Virus record (IMG/VR): IMGVR_UViG_2627854282_000001
Location: 49,354-113,353 of that record
Reading direction: 5' to 3' (one strand)
Source of the DNA: a virus
Taxonomy: Duplodnaviria; Heunggongvirae; Uroviricota; Caudoviricetes
DNA length: 64,000 nt
The notes beneath the pieces are model-generated. The model was not told the DNA's origin and ran no database searches. It saw only the letters and a list, made by a program, of their open reading frames with translations. A program made the translations under genes and the position numbers. Of this stretch, positions 1-8,456 are shown in pieces; the stretch's first letter is position 1, and every line of letters begins with the position of its first letter.

Positions 1-351
1 CACCCAGAGATCATCGCCGAGCTGCTCGTAGGGCGCGTAGACTGGTGTTTGGCTCCAGCCCGGCTTGCTCGAGCGGTGCTTCTGCGCGCTCGCGGACTCC
101 ACGAACTGATTGCACTTGAAGTCCTTCATGCTGGGGCCGCGCGAGTAGCCATTGACGTTGCGTTCCTTCGGGCACTCGCGGCTTTTCATCCACTTGTCGC
201 AGGCTCCGCAGTAGCGGCCGCACTCGGCAAGCTGAACGCGGAGACGCCTGATCTTGTCGATATGCTGCTCGTAAGCAGATAGCTTCGCAGCCCAATCCCA
301 AATCTCGCTGCCGCTGCTTAATATGTGCTTCGGAAATTCTGGTTCGTTCAT
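1..351 (-). CDS. Cys-rich hypothetical protein, 5-prime part only (gene continues beyond window start)
   Basis: Open minus-strand frame from ATG at 349-351 (GGAGGG SD upstream) to position 1 with no stop. It translates as MNEPEFPKHILSSGSEIWDWAAKLSAYEQHIDKIRRLRVQLAECGRYCGACDKWMKSRECPKERNV... and is absent from the ORF track because it is truncated. Confidence 0.35.
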   Translation of the reverse strand, partial: MNEPEFPKHILSSGSEIWDWAAKLSAYEQHIDKIRRLRVQLAECGRYCGACDKWMKSRECPKERNVNGYSRGPSMKDFKCNQFVESASAQKHRSSKPGWSQTPVYAPYEQLGDDLWV

Positions 352-391
352 CTCTCCCTCCAGCACTGTTGGATGCGGTTGTGGGGTGGGG

Positions 392-619
392 TCAGGCAGC
401 GGCGAGAAACACATGCTCTGTGGCCTTGCCGCCAGACGCATACATGCATTTGGCGAAATCTTCGGCGTCGATCTGGCGGGCGAAGCGGAGCGCCTTGTTG
501 GCGTCCCATACCCAGCCCTCTTTCGGGTGCCACCAGCGAGCAGTTGGCGCATCGTTGTTGGTCATCTCGATCAGCCAACAGACTTCGCGGCGGCTTTGCT
601 TGGCGTCCTCCTCGCTCAT
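392..619 (-). CDS. small hypothetical protein (75 aa)
   Basis: Internal ATG of ORF 392..676 with a GGAGAG SD, starting 4 nt after the stop of the upstream gene (MSEEDAKQSRREVCWLIEM...). Confidence 0.4.
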   Translation of the reverse strand: MSEEDAKQSRREVCWLIEMTNNDAPTARWWHPKEGWVWDANKALRFARQIDAEDFAKCMYASGGKATEHVFLAAA

Positions 620-1161
620 TCGGTCTCTCCGAAAATGGTCCGGCTGTTTTCGCGGTCTTGGGATGCCCCAAGCCAAACTCTGGCCAGGTTAACGGCGGTG
701 ACGAGATCGTCGGAATTCGGCGCCCACGCATCCGGCTTCATAAGAAGACGCGACCAACCTCGTCCAAGGGGAGCGTGTGACAGTTCTTTCGAACTCAAGG
801 TGTTTGGGATGTATCCGCCGTGCGATAGATGGAAGTCATCTCGAACGAAGAACGAGCCTGGAGCCGCCTGTGGGTATCCAAGCGGGATGACGATCGCTAT
901 TGCGGTTGTGCGGCGGTCAAATTGCTCAGGTTTCAGAGGCTCCACGTCAGGCACTAAGAGATGATGCGAGCCGTCCCTTTGCTGAGTAATTATAGCGCCA
1001 GGCCATTTCTCGCATAGGACTGCAAACTGTCGTTCGAGAACTCCGCCAGGTGCCGCCCGGTCGGCGGGAGCGGCGAACAGTTCGAAGCCGGCGCCGATCT
1101 CACCTTCCTCGCCATCTTCTGCGATTTTGCGCTTCAGCCATTCCCGGTCGAGAGTTGGCAT
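616..1161 (-). CDS. hypothetical protein, tentative UBC/E2-like (UEV-like, no catalytic Cys) fold
   Basis: ORF 616..1215 trimmed to the ATG at 1159-1161 (GGAGGG SD, 4-nt gap to upstream stop). The segment TAIAIVIPLGYPQAAPGSFFVRDDFHLSHGGYIPN resembles the E2 core F-x-I-x-FP-x-YP-x-PP-x-V-x-F...HPN, but no Cys follows. Confidence 0.45.
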   Translation of the reverse strand: MPTLDREWLKRKIAEDGEEGEIGAGFELFAAPADRAAPGGVLERQFAVLCEKWPGAIITQQRDGSHHLLVPDVEPLKPEQFDRRTTAIAIVIPLGYPQAAPGSFFVRDDFHLSHGGYIPNTLSSKELSHAPLGRGWSRLLMKPDAWAPNSDDLVTAVNLARVWLGASQDRENSRTIFGETE

Positions 1162-1165
1162 CGGG

Positions 1166-2332
1166 TCAGCCCTCCGACTTTGCGAGGGCCGCGCGCCCAG
1201 CGTCGGTGATTTCATACGGTTTCATGCTTGGCGGTCCGGGCGGCAACTTGTCTTCCGTGGTTCGAACAAGGCCGGCGCGCTCAAGCTCGCCCAAGGCACA
1301 AACCTCGCCGTCATGGATGCCGGCATTGTCTGATAGGCCGATCCACTTCGACGTGCTGCCGCGCTTGAGAAGGCGGATATGGATTTCGGTAAGCTCAAGC
1401 GGGGGAGCGACGCCCGTAGAAGCCGCTTCGTTCAAGGAAGAGAGAGCGGCACGAGCAAGTTCGATGATGCTGTCGTAGCCTTCTTCGAAGCTAACGTACT
1501 CACGGCCATCCATCTCGGATGACAGCTTTTGATCCGCGATGGTGAGCAAGGCGGTCTGCAGTTTTTCGATAACGTCTGCAGCTCGCTCGGTGGTTACGGC
1601 TCGCTCGGTGGCGGGTGTGCCAAATATTGGACCACGCAACCGCACCAGAAGCTCGGTGATTTCCTGATAAAGAAGCGCTTCATCCTCTGTCAGAGAGCGT
1701 GACTTGACTGGCTCGATCTTCATAACGTCGCAGGAAGCGAGAGCCGCTTTTCGCCGTTCCTCGAGCTTCGAGATGTGCTTGGACATATCAGACTGATTGC
1801 CAAGGCGAATATGAACACTGTCCGGCTCATGCACCGAAAGGTAGCAGTCGTTGTAGAAGCTATCTGTCACGGTGAAGTGGAATGACTCGGCAAAGCTGCG
1901 AAGCTCGTTGGTCGCCGCGGCTTTGATGTGCATGACGTCGCGGGCGTAATCACTGTCCATTAGATCGACGCGGGTGAGGAGTGATGCCTCCGCGTCGTCA
2001 CCGAGTGAACCCAACGCGGCTTTGACCGCCGAGCGATATGCATCCTCGCCGTGGATAATGTGGCGAGCGAGCTCCTCATGAAAGGCGCTCATCATGCTTT
2101 CAGTCGGCGTCATGGGCTCTTTCTCCTTTGTCTCTTTCCGCCGCAGCATGTAGCCGATGCCGGCTTCCGACATGATGGGATAGCCTGCGGCGCGCAGCTC
2201 CCGGATGTAGCGATAGATGGTGCGCGCACAGATGCCGAACTTGGCGGCGAGCTCGTCGGCAGTAATGACCTTGTCCCCGAGTTCGGTGAGCAGCTGCTCC
2301 GCCCTGGCGACGCGCAGACTGGCAATGGTCAT
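1166..2332 (-). CDS. HTH-domain regulator-like protein (388 aa)
   Basis: N-terminal ITADELAAKFGICARTIYRYIRELRAAGYPI is a DeoR/HTH_11-type helix-turn-helix. The gene is coupled to the downstream gene and its ATGA start overlaps the upstream stop. Confidence 0.55.
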   Translation of the reverse strand: MTIASLRVARAEQLLTELGDKVITADELAAKFGICARTIYRYIRELRAAGYPIMSEAGIGYMLRRKETKEKEPMTPTESMMSAFHEELARHIIHGEDAYRSAVKAALGSLGDDAEASLLTRVDLMDSDYARDVMHIKAAATNELRSFAESFHFTVTDSFYNDCYLSVHEPDSVHIRLGNQSDMSKHISKLEERRKAALASCDVMKIEPVKSRSLTEDEALLYQEITELLVRLRGPIFGTPATERAVTTERAADVIEKLQTALLTIADQKLSSEMDGREYVSFEEGYDSIIELARAALSSLNEAASTGVAPPLELTEIHIRLLKRGSTSKWIGLSDNAGIHDGEVCALGELERAGLVRTTEDKLPPGPPSMKPYEITDAGRAALAKSEG

Positions 2333-2571
2333 GGGCGAAGCCCTATCGAATTGAGAGCGGAAAGCGCTTCTTCATTGGCGCCGTGCGATTTCGCCTCGAC
2401 CGACGTAAGAATGACCTCGGCGCAGGCGTAGATCTTCCCCTTGCCGAGCCCAAGCCGCTGGAACAGATACGAGGCCTGCTCGACTCCAGTGCGATCGCTA
2501 TGTGGGCCGTCGGTCAGCTTCGCATTGCCGTGCTGATCGATCTCCGCCAGCCAGAACTGTGTTGTGCTCAT
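2329..2571 (-). CDS. hypothetical protein (80 aa)
   Basis: ORF in a chain of four genes with 4-nt ATGA overlaps (2329-3561), typical of translationally coupled phage genes. Confidence 0.4.
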   Translation of the reverse strand: MSTTQFWLAEIDQHGNAKLTDGPHSDRTGVEQASYLFQRLGLGKGKIYACAEVILTSVEAKSHGANEEALSALNSIGLRP

Positions 2572-2768
2572 GATTTCGCAACTCCTAGAGCGTGGCAGAT
2601 GCGGCGAACCTCGTCCGCCGCCTTCAGAGTGTCGTTCGAGATCAGTCCGCCGTGTCCGCCAGTCAGTTTCCCGCCGATGATCTCGCCGTTCATGTCGAAC
2701 GAGACCGAGTTGGCGAGCTTTTCAGCCGCGGTCAGAAGCTCGGCGAAGGCGGGCGGCAGTTTGCTCAT
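2568..2768 (-). CDS. hypothetical Gly-rich protein (66 aa)
   Basis: Member of the overlapping gene chain; protein-like composition. Confidence 0.35.
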   Translation of the reverse strand: MSKLPPAFAELLTAAEKLANSVSFDMNGEIIGGKLTGGHGGLISNDTLKAADEVRRICHALGVAKS

Positions 2769-3370
2769 GAAGCCACCTTCGACGACGGCAGATTGAGCGC
2801 CGCTTCGAGCGCGCTCACCATGTCGTCATGATCGCAGCCTGGCACATGCGCCATGGCGCGGACGACCGCGGCGTCATCGAAATCGAGCGGCGCCGCCCTC
2901 CTCGCGATCGCTGCGCGAACCTCGAGCTGGATCTTTGCGATCGTCTGTGCGGTATCGACCGCAGTCAGTCTTACGATCTTCCGTGCGCACTCCAGCGCGA
3001 TCCTGTCGATATCGATCGACGCGAGCAGATCGATCAAGGTGTCGCCACTACCGATGCCGCGCATGTCGAGGACATCCGGCTCGAGCGGCTCCCTCGCCTC
3101 GATCGTCACAGGGCCCGAGCCATAGGCATTGAAGCCGTCCGCCGCCGCATCGGGCGTTGCTCGCGGAAATTCCGCAGCGCGGCCGCGCCAGAACACGTAG
3201 AAATCCTCGCCCATGCCCTGGGCACCGACGTCGTAGAAGTTCTGCGCTTCGGAGTTGTAGAACACCCCCACCGGAATAGGCCGCAGCGCGTTGCAATACC
3301 GGCAGCGCATGCGGAGCTCGGAATTGTTCGTGGCGCAGTCGCAGCGCCAGATGCCGGTCACGGTTTTCAT
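2765..3370 (-). CDS. Cys-rich hypothetical protein (201 aa)
   Basis: N-terminal WRCDCATNNSELRMRCRYCNALRP is zinc-ribbon-like; the gene is coupled to its neighbours. Confidence 0.45.
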   Translation of the reverse strand: MKTVTGIWRCDCATNNSELRMRCRYCNALRPIPVGVFYNSEAQNFYDVGAQGMGEDFYVFWRGRAAEFPRATPDAAADGFNAYGSGPVTIEAREPLEPDVLDMRGIGSGDTLIDLLASIDIDRIALECARKIVRLTAVDTAQTIAKIQLEVRAAIARRAAPLDFDDAAVVRAMAHVPGCDHDDMVSALEAALNLPSSKVAS

Positions 3371-3561
3371 CGCGTGTAGAAATCCATTATGGGAGCGCCG
3401 AGACCGTCGAAGCGGTCCGCCGCGGCCTCGGCCAGCACCAGTTCGAAGCGCGAGCGCGAGATCGGCCGCGTCCGGCCGTCTGGATAGCGGATATGGGCTA
3501 CGGTCAGATCGGTCGTTCCGAGGTCAACGCCGACCACCATCGGTTGCTGCTGCGTGCTCAT
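3367..3561 (-). CDS. small protein with actin/Hsp70-like phosphate-1-like N-terminus (64 aa)
   Basis: MVVGVDLGTTDLTVAHI resembles the DnaK/actin-fold N-terminal motif IGIDLGTTNS, but the protein is only 64 aa. Confidence 0.35.
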   Translation of the reverse strand: MSTQQQPMVVGVDLGTTDLTVAHIRYPDGRTRPISRSRFELVLAEAAADRFDGLGAPIMDFYTR

Positions 3562-3630
3562 CAGTCGAACCTCACCGTGATGTTTTTGAAAGACGGCGGC
3601 ACGGCGGCCGCCGCCAGTTGCCGGCCTGAC

Positions 3631-4059
3631 TTAGGCCGCCGCCTTGTCCATTTCTTCGAGCTGCTTGAGCAGTTCTTCCTTCGACGCCTTAGACAGCGCC
3701 TCGTCTTCCTTCGACGCGATTGCGTCGACCAGCTTGCGGCGCTTCTCCGCGCGCGCCGCCGCGGCCTGGGCGTCGGCCGCTTCCTTCTGCTTCACGGCGA
3801 TGATGTGCTTGATGATGTCGAGCTTCGCCTCGAGCTCGCCCTTCCGCGGGTCGGGATTGACGTTGACCAGCGAGTCCTCGGTGACGCCCTTGAGCTCGGT
3901 GAGGATGCCGCGGCCGACGGTCTCGAGATCGAACTTCACGTCGCGGGTGATGCCGGAGCCGGCGACGAGCGGAAGATCCCACAGCTGCTCGACGGTGAGA
4001 TCGCCCTTGATGGACGGGAAGCGGAACTTCTTGCGCGCCGCTCTTTCGAAAATATCCAT
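3631..4059 (-). CDS. hypothetical protein with C-terminal coiled coil (142 aa)
   Basis: Clean ORF with a protein-like sequence and a K/E/A-rich C-terminus. Confidence 0.5.
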   Translation of the reverse strand: MDIFERAARKKFRFPSIKGDLTVEQLWDLPLVAGSGITRDVKFDLETVGRGILTELKGVTEDSLVNVNPDPRKGELEAKLDIIKHIIAVKQKEAADAQAAAARAEKRRKLVDAIASKEDEALSKASKEELLKQLEEMDKAAA

Positions 4060-4071
4060 GACTGCCTCCTT

Positions 4072-6066
4072 TCAGAAGTTGATGTGAAACGCCTTGTTGA
4101 TGCGGTCGCCCTTGACGACCACGACTGCCTCGTCCTTGCGGGTGGACGAGTACCCGACGCCGGAGAGCTGTTCCTCGCTCACCGGGCATTTCGTTTTGGC
4201 TCCGAGCACCTCGAACACCTTGCGGTGCGGCTCCAGCGCGCCTTTCAGGAATTCGTTGTAGATGCCGCGCGCGGGCTCCGGATTGCGGCAGCCCTTCAGG
4301 ATGAAGAACCAGTGCTTGTTGCCGATCTCCTGGCCGTCCCAGTGGTTCGGCGACGCCATGAGGGTATCGACCGGAACCAGTGTCTCGGTCTTTATGCCCC
4401 ACTTCTCCTGGGGGACTGAGCCGCCGACGAGACCGGGATGAACGGCGGCCCGGATCAGCTCGCCGCTCCTCACCGTCATCAGCATGACTTCGGCGTTCTG
4501 GCCACCTGGAAGCGCCTTGGCGTAACTGAATTGCTGGATACTGCCGGCGTATTCGAGCTCGATCGTAAAGCCGACGTCGATGGTTTCGCGCTTAGCGTAA
4601 TTGTTGACCCAGACCCGATATTCGCCATCGCGCAGTCGTCCGGCCCAGCAGATGTTCTCGACCGGCTCGCGCGACACCCTGCCGCCGGCGTTCATATCGA
4701 CGTCGAGCTTGCCGCTCTTGTTGCCGAAGAAAACGTGGTTGCCGTCGGGCTCGAGAACATGAAGATCGAGATCGTCGAAGTTCGACCACGCCAGCGAGAC
4801 GCGCAGCGTGGCATCGACGTTGCCGCCGGCGCGCTTCACCCGCTGCTTGATCGAGTCGGTGGCGTCGCCGTCGTATGACCAGGCGAAACCGTTATCCCAT
4901 TTGAAGAGTCGACCGGCGTCGTCGTGCACCGGCGCTGTCACGCTCACGAAATTGGCGAGGTGCTTGTTCTGGACGAGGAGATTGATCGACGAAGCCTGCG
5001 GCACGATCTGCGTCAGGAAATCCTCCATCGAGATCGGCGTGGGATTGGTGATGATCGGCGGCGCCGCCCTTACCTCCTCCATGAGCAGGCCGGCGATGCC
5101 GTCCTTCATGGTGCCGCGAACCGAATTGTCGACGAACAGCACATTGTTCACCGAGACGTCGGCCAGCTTGGCGAAACGGCGCTCGATCGCGGACTCGAGG
5201 CCCATGTCCCTCAGCTTGGCGACGGCATCCTCGATCATCTTCGGCGTGATCAATGCCGTCGGCCGCTTGTAGTTCTCCGGCGCCACCTTCTTCTCAAAGG
5301 ACCGCACCGCGGCGTCCTCGTCCATGCCGTCCGACAAGTCGACGACAAGCGTGCCGATGACGGTGTTGCGGAAAAGCGCCGCAGGATTGCGGACGTTCGA
5401 CCACACGAAAACATCTTTCTCCGCCTGCGTTCCCGCCCTCGGATATTCCATGTGAAGAGTCATGAAGGTCTGCACCGCGGGCCTGAACTCGGCACCGCGG
5501 TAGAGATTGTTCTCGTTGATCAGATCGATCACGAGGTTCAAGGCATCGAGAGTGATCTCCTCGAGGCCGCGCCTGAAGACTCCGACATTGGTGGTTACGG
5601 CGCCGCGATCCGCATCTGGCCGGTTCGACCGATGGCGGCCGACGATATCGCAATGGAAATGCGTCCAGCGGATCGGCGACGTCTCGCCCTCGCGCAGCTC
5701 ATTCGAGAAGGGCTGGCCGAACCTGCCTTCCTTGGTGCGGAAGATCGAGACGATCGGCAGCGAACGGACATACTCCGACATCCGCGCCGCAACCTTGTCA
5801 TACGGGTGTGGGAGATCGAAGACGTCCCACATCGTCGTGATCTCGCCGCCCTGCAATGAAACAAGGTGACCGACATTGCGGATAAAGTGCTTGCAGCATG
5901 AGCAGTCGTGTTCGGTCCGCACGCGGAATACCGGATTGCTGCCTTCAGGAAACGCGGCAAGATATTTCTCGAAAAGATCTTCGGCTTGGACAGCGTAGAG
6001 CTCGCCATCCGCCAGGCGCCTAAACTGCGCGGCAACCGCACTGCCGAAAATATGGAATTCGCTCAA
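4072..6066 (-). CDS. large conserved hypothetical protein (664 aa)
   Basis: Long ORF with non-repetitive protein-like composition, an N-terminal EHDCSCCKHF Cys cluster and HFHCD. No recognisable catalytic motif. Confidence 0.6.
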   Translation of the reverse strand: MSEFHIFGSAVAAQFRRLADGELYAVQAEDLFEKYLAAFPEGSNPVFRVRTEHDCSCCKHFIRNVGHLVSLQGGEITTMWDVFDLPHPYDKVAARMSEYVRSLPIVSIFRTKEGRFGQPFSNELREGETSPIRWTHFHCDIVGRHRSNRPDADRGAVTTNVGVFRRGLEEITLDALNLVIDLINENNLYRGAEFRPAVQTFMTLHMEYPRAGTQAEKDVFVWSNVRNPAALFRNTVIGTLVVDLSDGMDEDAAVRSFEKKVAPENYKRPTALITPKMIEDAVAKLRDMGLESAIERRFAKLADVSVNNVLFVDNSVRGTMKDGIAGLLMEEVRAAPPIITNPTPISMEDFLTQIVPQASSINLLVQNKHLANFVSVTAPVHDDAGRLFKWDNGFAWSYDGDATDSIKQRVKRAGGNVDATLRVSLAWSNFDDLDLHVLEPDGNHVFFGNKSGKLDVDMNAGGRVSREPVENICWAGRLRDGEYRVWVNNYAKRETIDVGFTIELEYAGSIQQFSYAKALPGGQNAEVMLMTVRSGELIRAAVHPGLVGGSVPQEKWGIKTETLVPVDTLMASPNHWDGQEIGNKHWFFILKGCRNPEPARGIYNEFLKGALEPHRKVFEVLGAKTKCPVSEEQLSGVGYSSTRKDEAVVVVKGDRINKAFHINF

Positions 6067-6111
6067 AGGTTTCTCCTCTATTTGGCAGCCAATGCTGCAT
6101 GTGCGTGTGGG

Positions 6112-6297
6112 CTAGGAGGCTTGGGGCGTTTGCCGATAATTGAGCGGCGGCGAGAAGCAATTCGGTGTATCGAAAACCTGATCGTCGATGTTCGCGTCAG
6201 CCCACTTCCACGCCTCGCCCTCGGTAGCGAAGGAGAAGTCGACGTCTCTGCCGGCATGGACGATCACGAAATGGTCTCCTCTGCGCTCGACCGTCAT
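6112..6297 (-). CDS. hypothetical protein (61 aa)
   Basis: ORF coupled (4-nt overlap) to the upstream gene. Confidence 0.35.
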   Translation of the reverse strand: MTVERRGDHFVIVHAGRDVDFSFATEGEAWKWADANIDDQVFDTPNCFSPPLNYRQTPQAS

Positions 6298-6494
6298 GCC
6301 TTGCGCCTCCGATATTTGTGTCGGTTCGCCGCGATATTTTCCTCGAGCCGCGCGTCATAGCAGGGCCCGCAATAGGTCTTGCGCCGGTCTATTTTGCACT
6401 GGCACCTGCGGCACGCCTTCGCGAACGCGTCGCCCTTGCGAGCCGACGTCTCTATCCGGTAGCCAGCCTCGGGAGCGACGGGGCGCGTCATCAA
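6294..6494 (-). CDS. small zinc-ribbon protein (66 aa)
   Basis: CRRCQCK...CGPCYD four-Cys pattern with a basic tail. Confidence 0.4.
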   Translation of the reverse strand: MMTRPVAPEAGYRIETSARKGDAFAKACRRCQCKIDRRKTYCGPCYDARLEENIAANRHKYRRRKA

Positions 6495-6781
6495 GCCGCC
6501 TCAACAACTGCGCGGACAGCGGCATCGAAATCGGCTTGAGCCGCAGCCTTGGCATCGTCGATCGTCAGATGCTCGGTGAACGTGAACTCGTCGCCGTCCT
6601 TGGCGCCCCAGAGCAAAAAGCCCATGCCGTCCTGGCTTGGCATGCGAACACGCTGCCGGGCGCTGATATGGTAGCGACCGCCGATACCGTGCGCGACGAG
6701 GACCGAGCTATCCTCCATGTCCTGCGGATGGTCAGTCGGCTCGTACCAGGTCAGCGACTTGACTTTGATCGCTTCGCTCAT
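6491..6781 (-). CDS. hypothetical protein (96 aa)
   Basis: Internal ATG (MSEAIKVKSLTWYE) lies 1 codon after the upstream stop at 6778; the ORF track's longer N-terminus would overlap. Confidence 0.45.
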   Translation of the reverse strand: MSEAIKVKSLTWYEPTDHPQDMEDSSVLVAHGIGGRYHISARQRVRMPSQDGMGFLLWGAKDGDEFTFTEHLTIDDAKAAAQADFDAAVRAVVEAA

Positions 6782-6969
6782 GCCACTCGAGCCTTGATCA
6801 TCTCGTCCGCCGCTCGATATGCGGCCTTCGACATATCGGCCCAACCCATGACCATATCGCCGTCTTCAAGCGTGACGGATGCCATGCCCGCCAGCGCCTG
6901 GCCGGCGAACCAATCGCGGAGCGCCTTCAGGAAACTATCGCCGTCAGGAAATTGATCGCGTACCGGCAT
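6778..6969 (-). CDS. hypothetical protein (63 aa)
   Basis: Small ORF (MPVRDQFPDGDSFLKALRDWFAGQALAG...) with protein-like composition, in an operon position. Confidence 0.4.
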   Translation of the reverse strand: MPVRDQFPDGDSFLKALRDWFAGQALAGMASVTLEDGDMVMGWADMSKAAYRAADEMIKARVA

Positions 6970-6976
6970 CTCGTCC

Positions 6977-7219
6977 TCACTTCTGCTTCCAGGGCGGAAG
7001 CTTCATTGCGATTGCAGTGCAGGCGAGACCGACGATAAGCGCCTCGCTTTCAGGAACGCCGAACCGCCGATATCTGGAAATAGTGTCCGCGGACTTCCCG
7101 AGCTGGCGCGCAGCCTCGGCGCTTGTGAACCGCATGTGCGATTGCCAAGCGATGAACGTTCCGCTGTCCATATTTCTCCACCGGTACGGCATGGTGCGGA
7201 TACCAACGGCCGTTTTCAC
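6977..7219 (-). CDS. XRE/Cro-like HTH DNA-binding protein
   Basis: FTSAEAARQLGKSADTISRYRRFG helix-turn-helix. Start is uncertain (Met at 7219, 7192 or 7171). Confidence 0.45.
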   Translation of the reverse strand: MKTAVGIRTMPYRWRNMDSGTFIAWQSHMRFTSAEAARQLGKSADTISRYRRFGVPESEALIVGLACTAIAMKLPPWKQK

Positions 7220-7287
7220 GGCATAAAGCGGATATCCGGCATCAATGATGCAGACGTAACATGTGAAAGAAATGCTTTCAAGAGTGA

Positions 7288-7704
7288 TTATTTCGGAATC
7301 GGCCTGAGGTGAACTGGACGGCTATCCGGATCGGCCGACCACTCCGCCAGCTTATCCAGCAAGCCATTCTTGCGCGCGTAGTGCTCGAGCTTCTGTTTCA
7401 GGTTGTCGTGGTGGAATGAGCATAGGCTCTGAAAGTTGCTCCACACGTATCTGAGATCCGGATATTCGTGCGCCGGCAATATGTGATCCGTCACATCGGC
7501 GAGACCGTCCCGCCCCTCCTGCTCGCAAAACCGGCAGTATGGATTCGCCCTTCTGAAAGCCATTGCCAGGCGATCCCACCGCGCATCGTACCCGCGCTTT
7601 CTGGGTGAAATCCTGTGGCGCCCGGTGTTCGTCTTAACCTCGATGGCCTTGAACCGAGGAGCCGAACTGAATTTGAACCGCGGCGGCAAAGTGCTTTTCA
7701 CCAT
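7288..7704 (-). CDS. HNH endonuclease (138 aa)
   Basis: CRFCEQ...DHILPAHEYP...LCSFHHDNLK is the HNH motif. The ATG at 7702-7704 overlaps the upstream stop (TGATG). Confidence 0.75.
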   Translation of the reverse strand: MVKSTLPPRFKFSSAPRFKAIEVKTNTGRHRISPRKRGYDARWDRLAMAFRRANPYCRFCEQEGRDGLADVTDHILPAHEYPDLRYVWSNFQSLCSFHHDNLKQKLEHYARKNGLLDKLAEWSADPDSRPVHLRPIPK

Positions 7705-8456
7705 CAGGCCGCCGCCAGCCATTCTTCGTCGGTCTTATCGCCCTTGTCAGCGTTGCATGACCGGCATAGGCAACGGCAATTGTCTGGCGAATGGAAGCCC
7801 CCGCGGGACAGTGGGATGATATGATCGAGCTCCGGCGAATTCGGCTCAAATGACCCCTTCAACTCGACCGGTGTCTCAACACCGCAGGCCTGGCATGTCC
7901 ATTGATCCCGCTGAAATATCGCGATCGGATCGAAGGCGAAGACCACCAGCGTGCGTGTCGCCGCTCGTCGGGCTCGAGTTCGAAGTCGATCGGAATTTCG
8001 CTTCCGGCACTCCGGCCCGCAAAACTTGCGTGGAAGGTTCTTGGTATATGTGGTCGCCGAGAATGTTGAACCGCATTCGGCGCAAGCAAACGATCCGTTG
8101 GCGGCGCCAGATCTTGCCGCCTTGGCCAAGGTAACTGCGACCTGGTTGCAGGCAAGGCTGCAGAATTTCCGACGAAGGCCAGTCAGTTCGACATTGCATT
8201 GACGGCAGTGTCTTGGCGACCTGGCCGCCCGTTCCGCTGCTCTCCGTTTTGCGTCCCTAGCTCGATTGGCGGCAGCCGACCTAGCCTTTGACGCAGGCGA
8301 TACCTTCCACCGCTTATAGCCCTGAGACCGAGCGCACCGGTCGCAATATGTTCGCGGTCGCCCTTTCCCTCGCTCGCGTCGAAAGAACTGAATATCGCAT
8401 TGGCGACAGTTGAAGGGGTGAAGATCGACTTCGCCAGCAATCACTGATTTTTCCAT
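7704..8456 (-). CDS. HNH endonuclease with three N-terminal zinc-ribbon repeats (250 aa)
   Basis: Only the C-terminal 250 aa of ORF 7704..9683 is protein-like. It starts at the ATG at 8454-8456 (MEKSVIAGEV) with CRQC..CDRC, CRQC..AC and CAEC..CGPEC repeats, then DHIIPLSRGG...NCRCLCRSCNADKGDK (HNH). Confidence 0.7.
   Translation of the reverse strand: MEKSVIAGEVDLHPFNCRQCDIQFFRRERGKGRPRTYCDRCARSQGYKRWKVSPASKARSAAANRARDAKRRAAERAARSPRHCRQCNVELTGLRRKFCSLACNQVAVTLAKAARSGAANGSFACAECGSTFSATTYTKNLPRKFCGPECRKRNSDRLRTRARRAATRTLVVFAFDPIAIFQRDQWTCQACGVETPVELKGSFEPNSPELDHIIPLSRGGFHSPDNCRCLCRSCNADKGDKTDEEWLAAA

Noticed and set aside
616-3561. Search for E1 (ThiF GxGxxG), Ubl (C-terminal GG) or JAB partners around the E2-like candidate
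   Set aside because: None recognised in adjacent genes, so the E2-like call is kept low-confidence.
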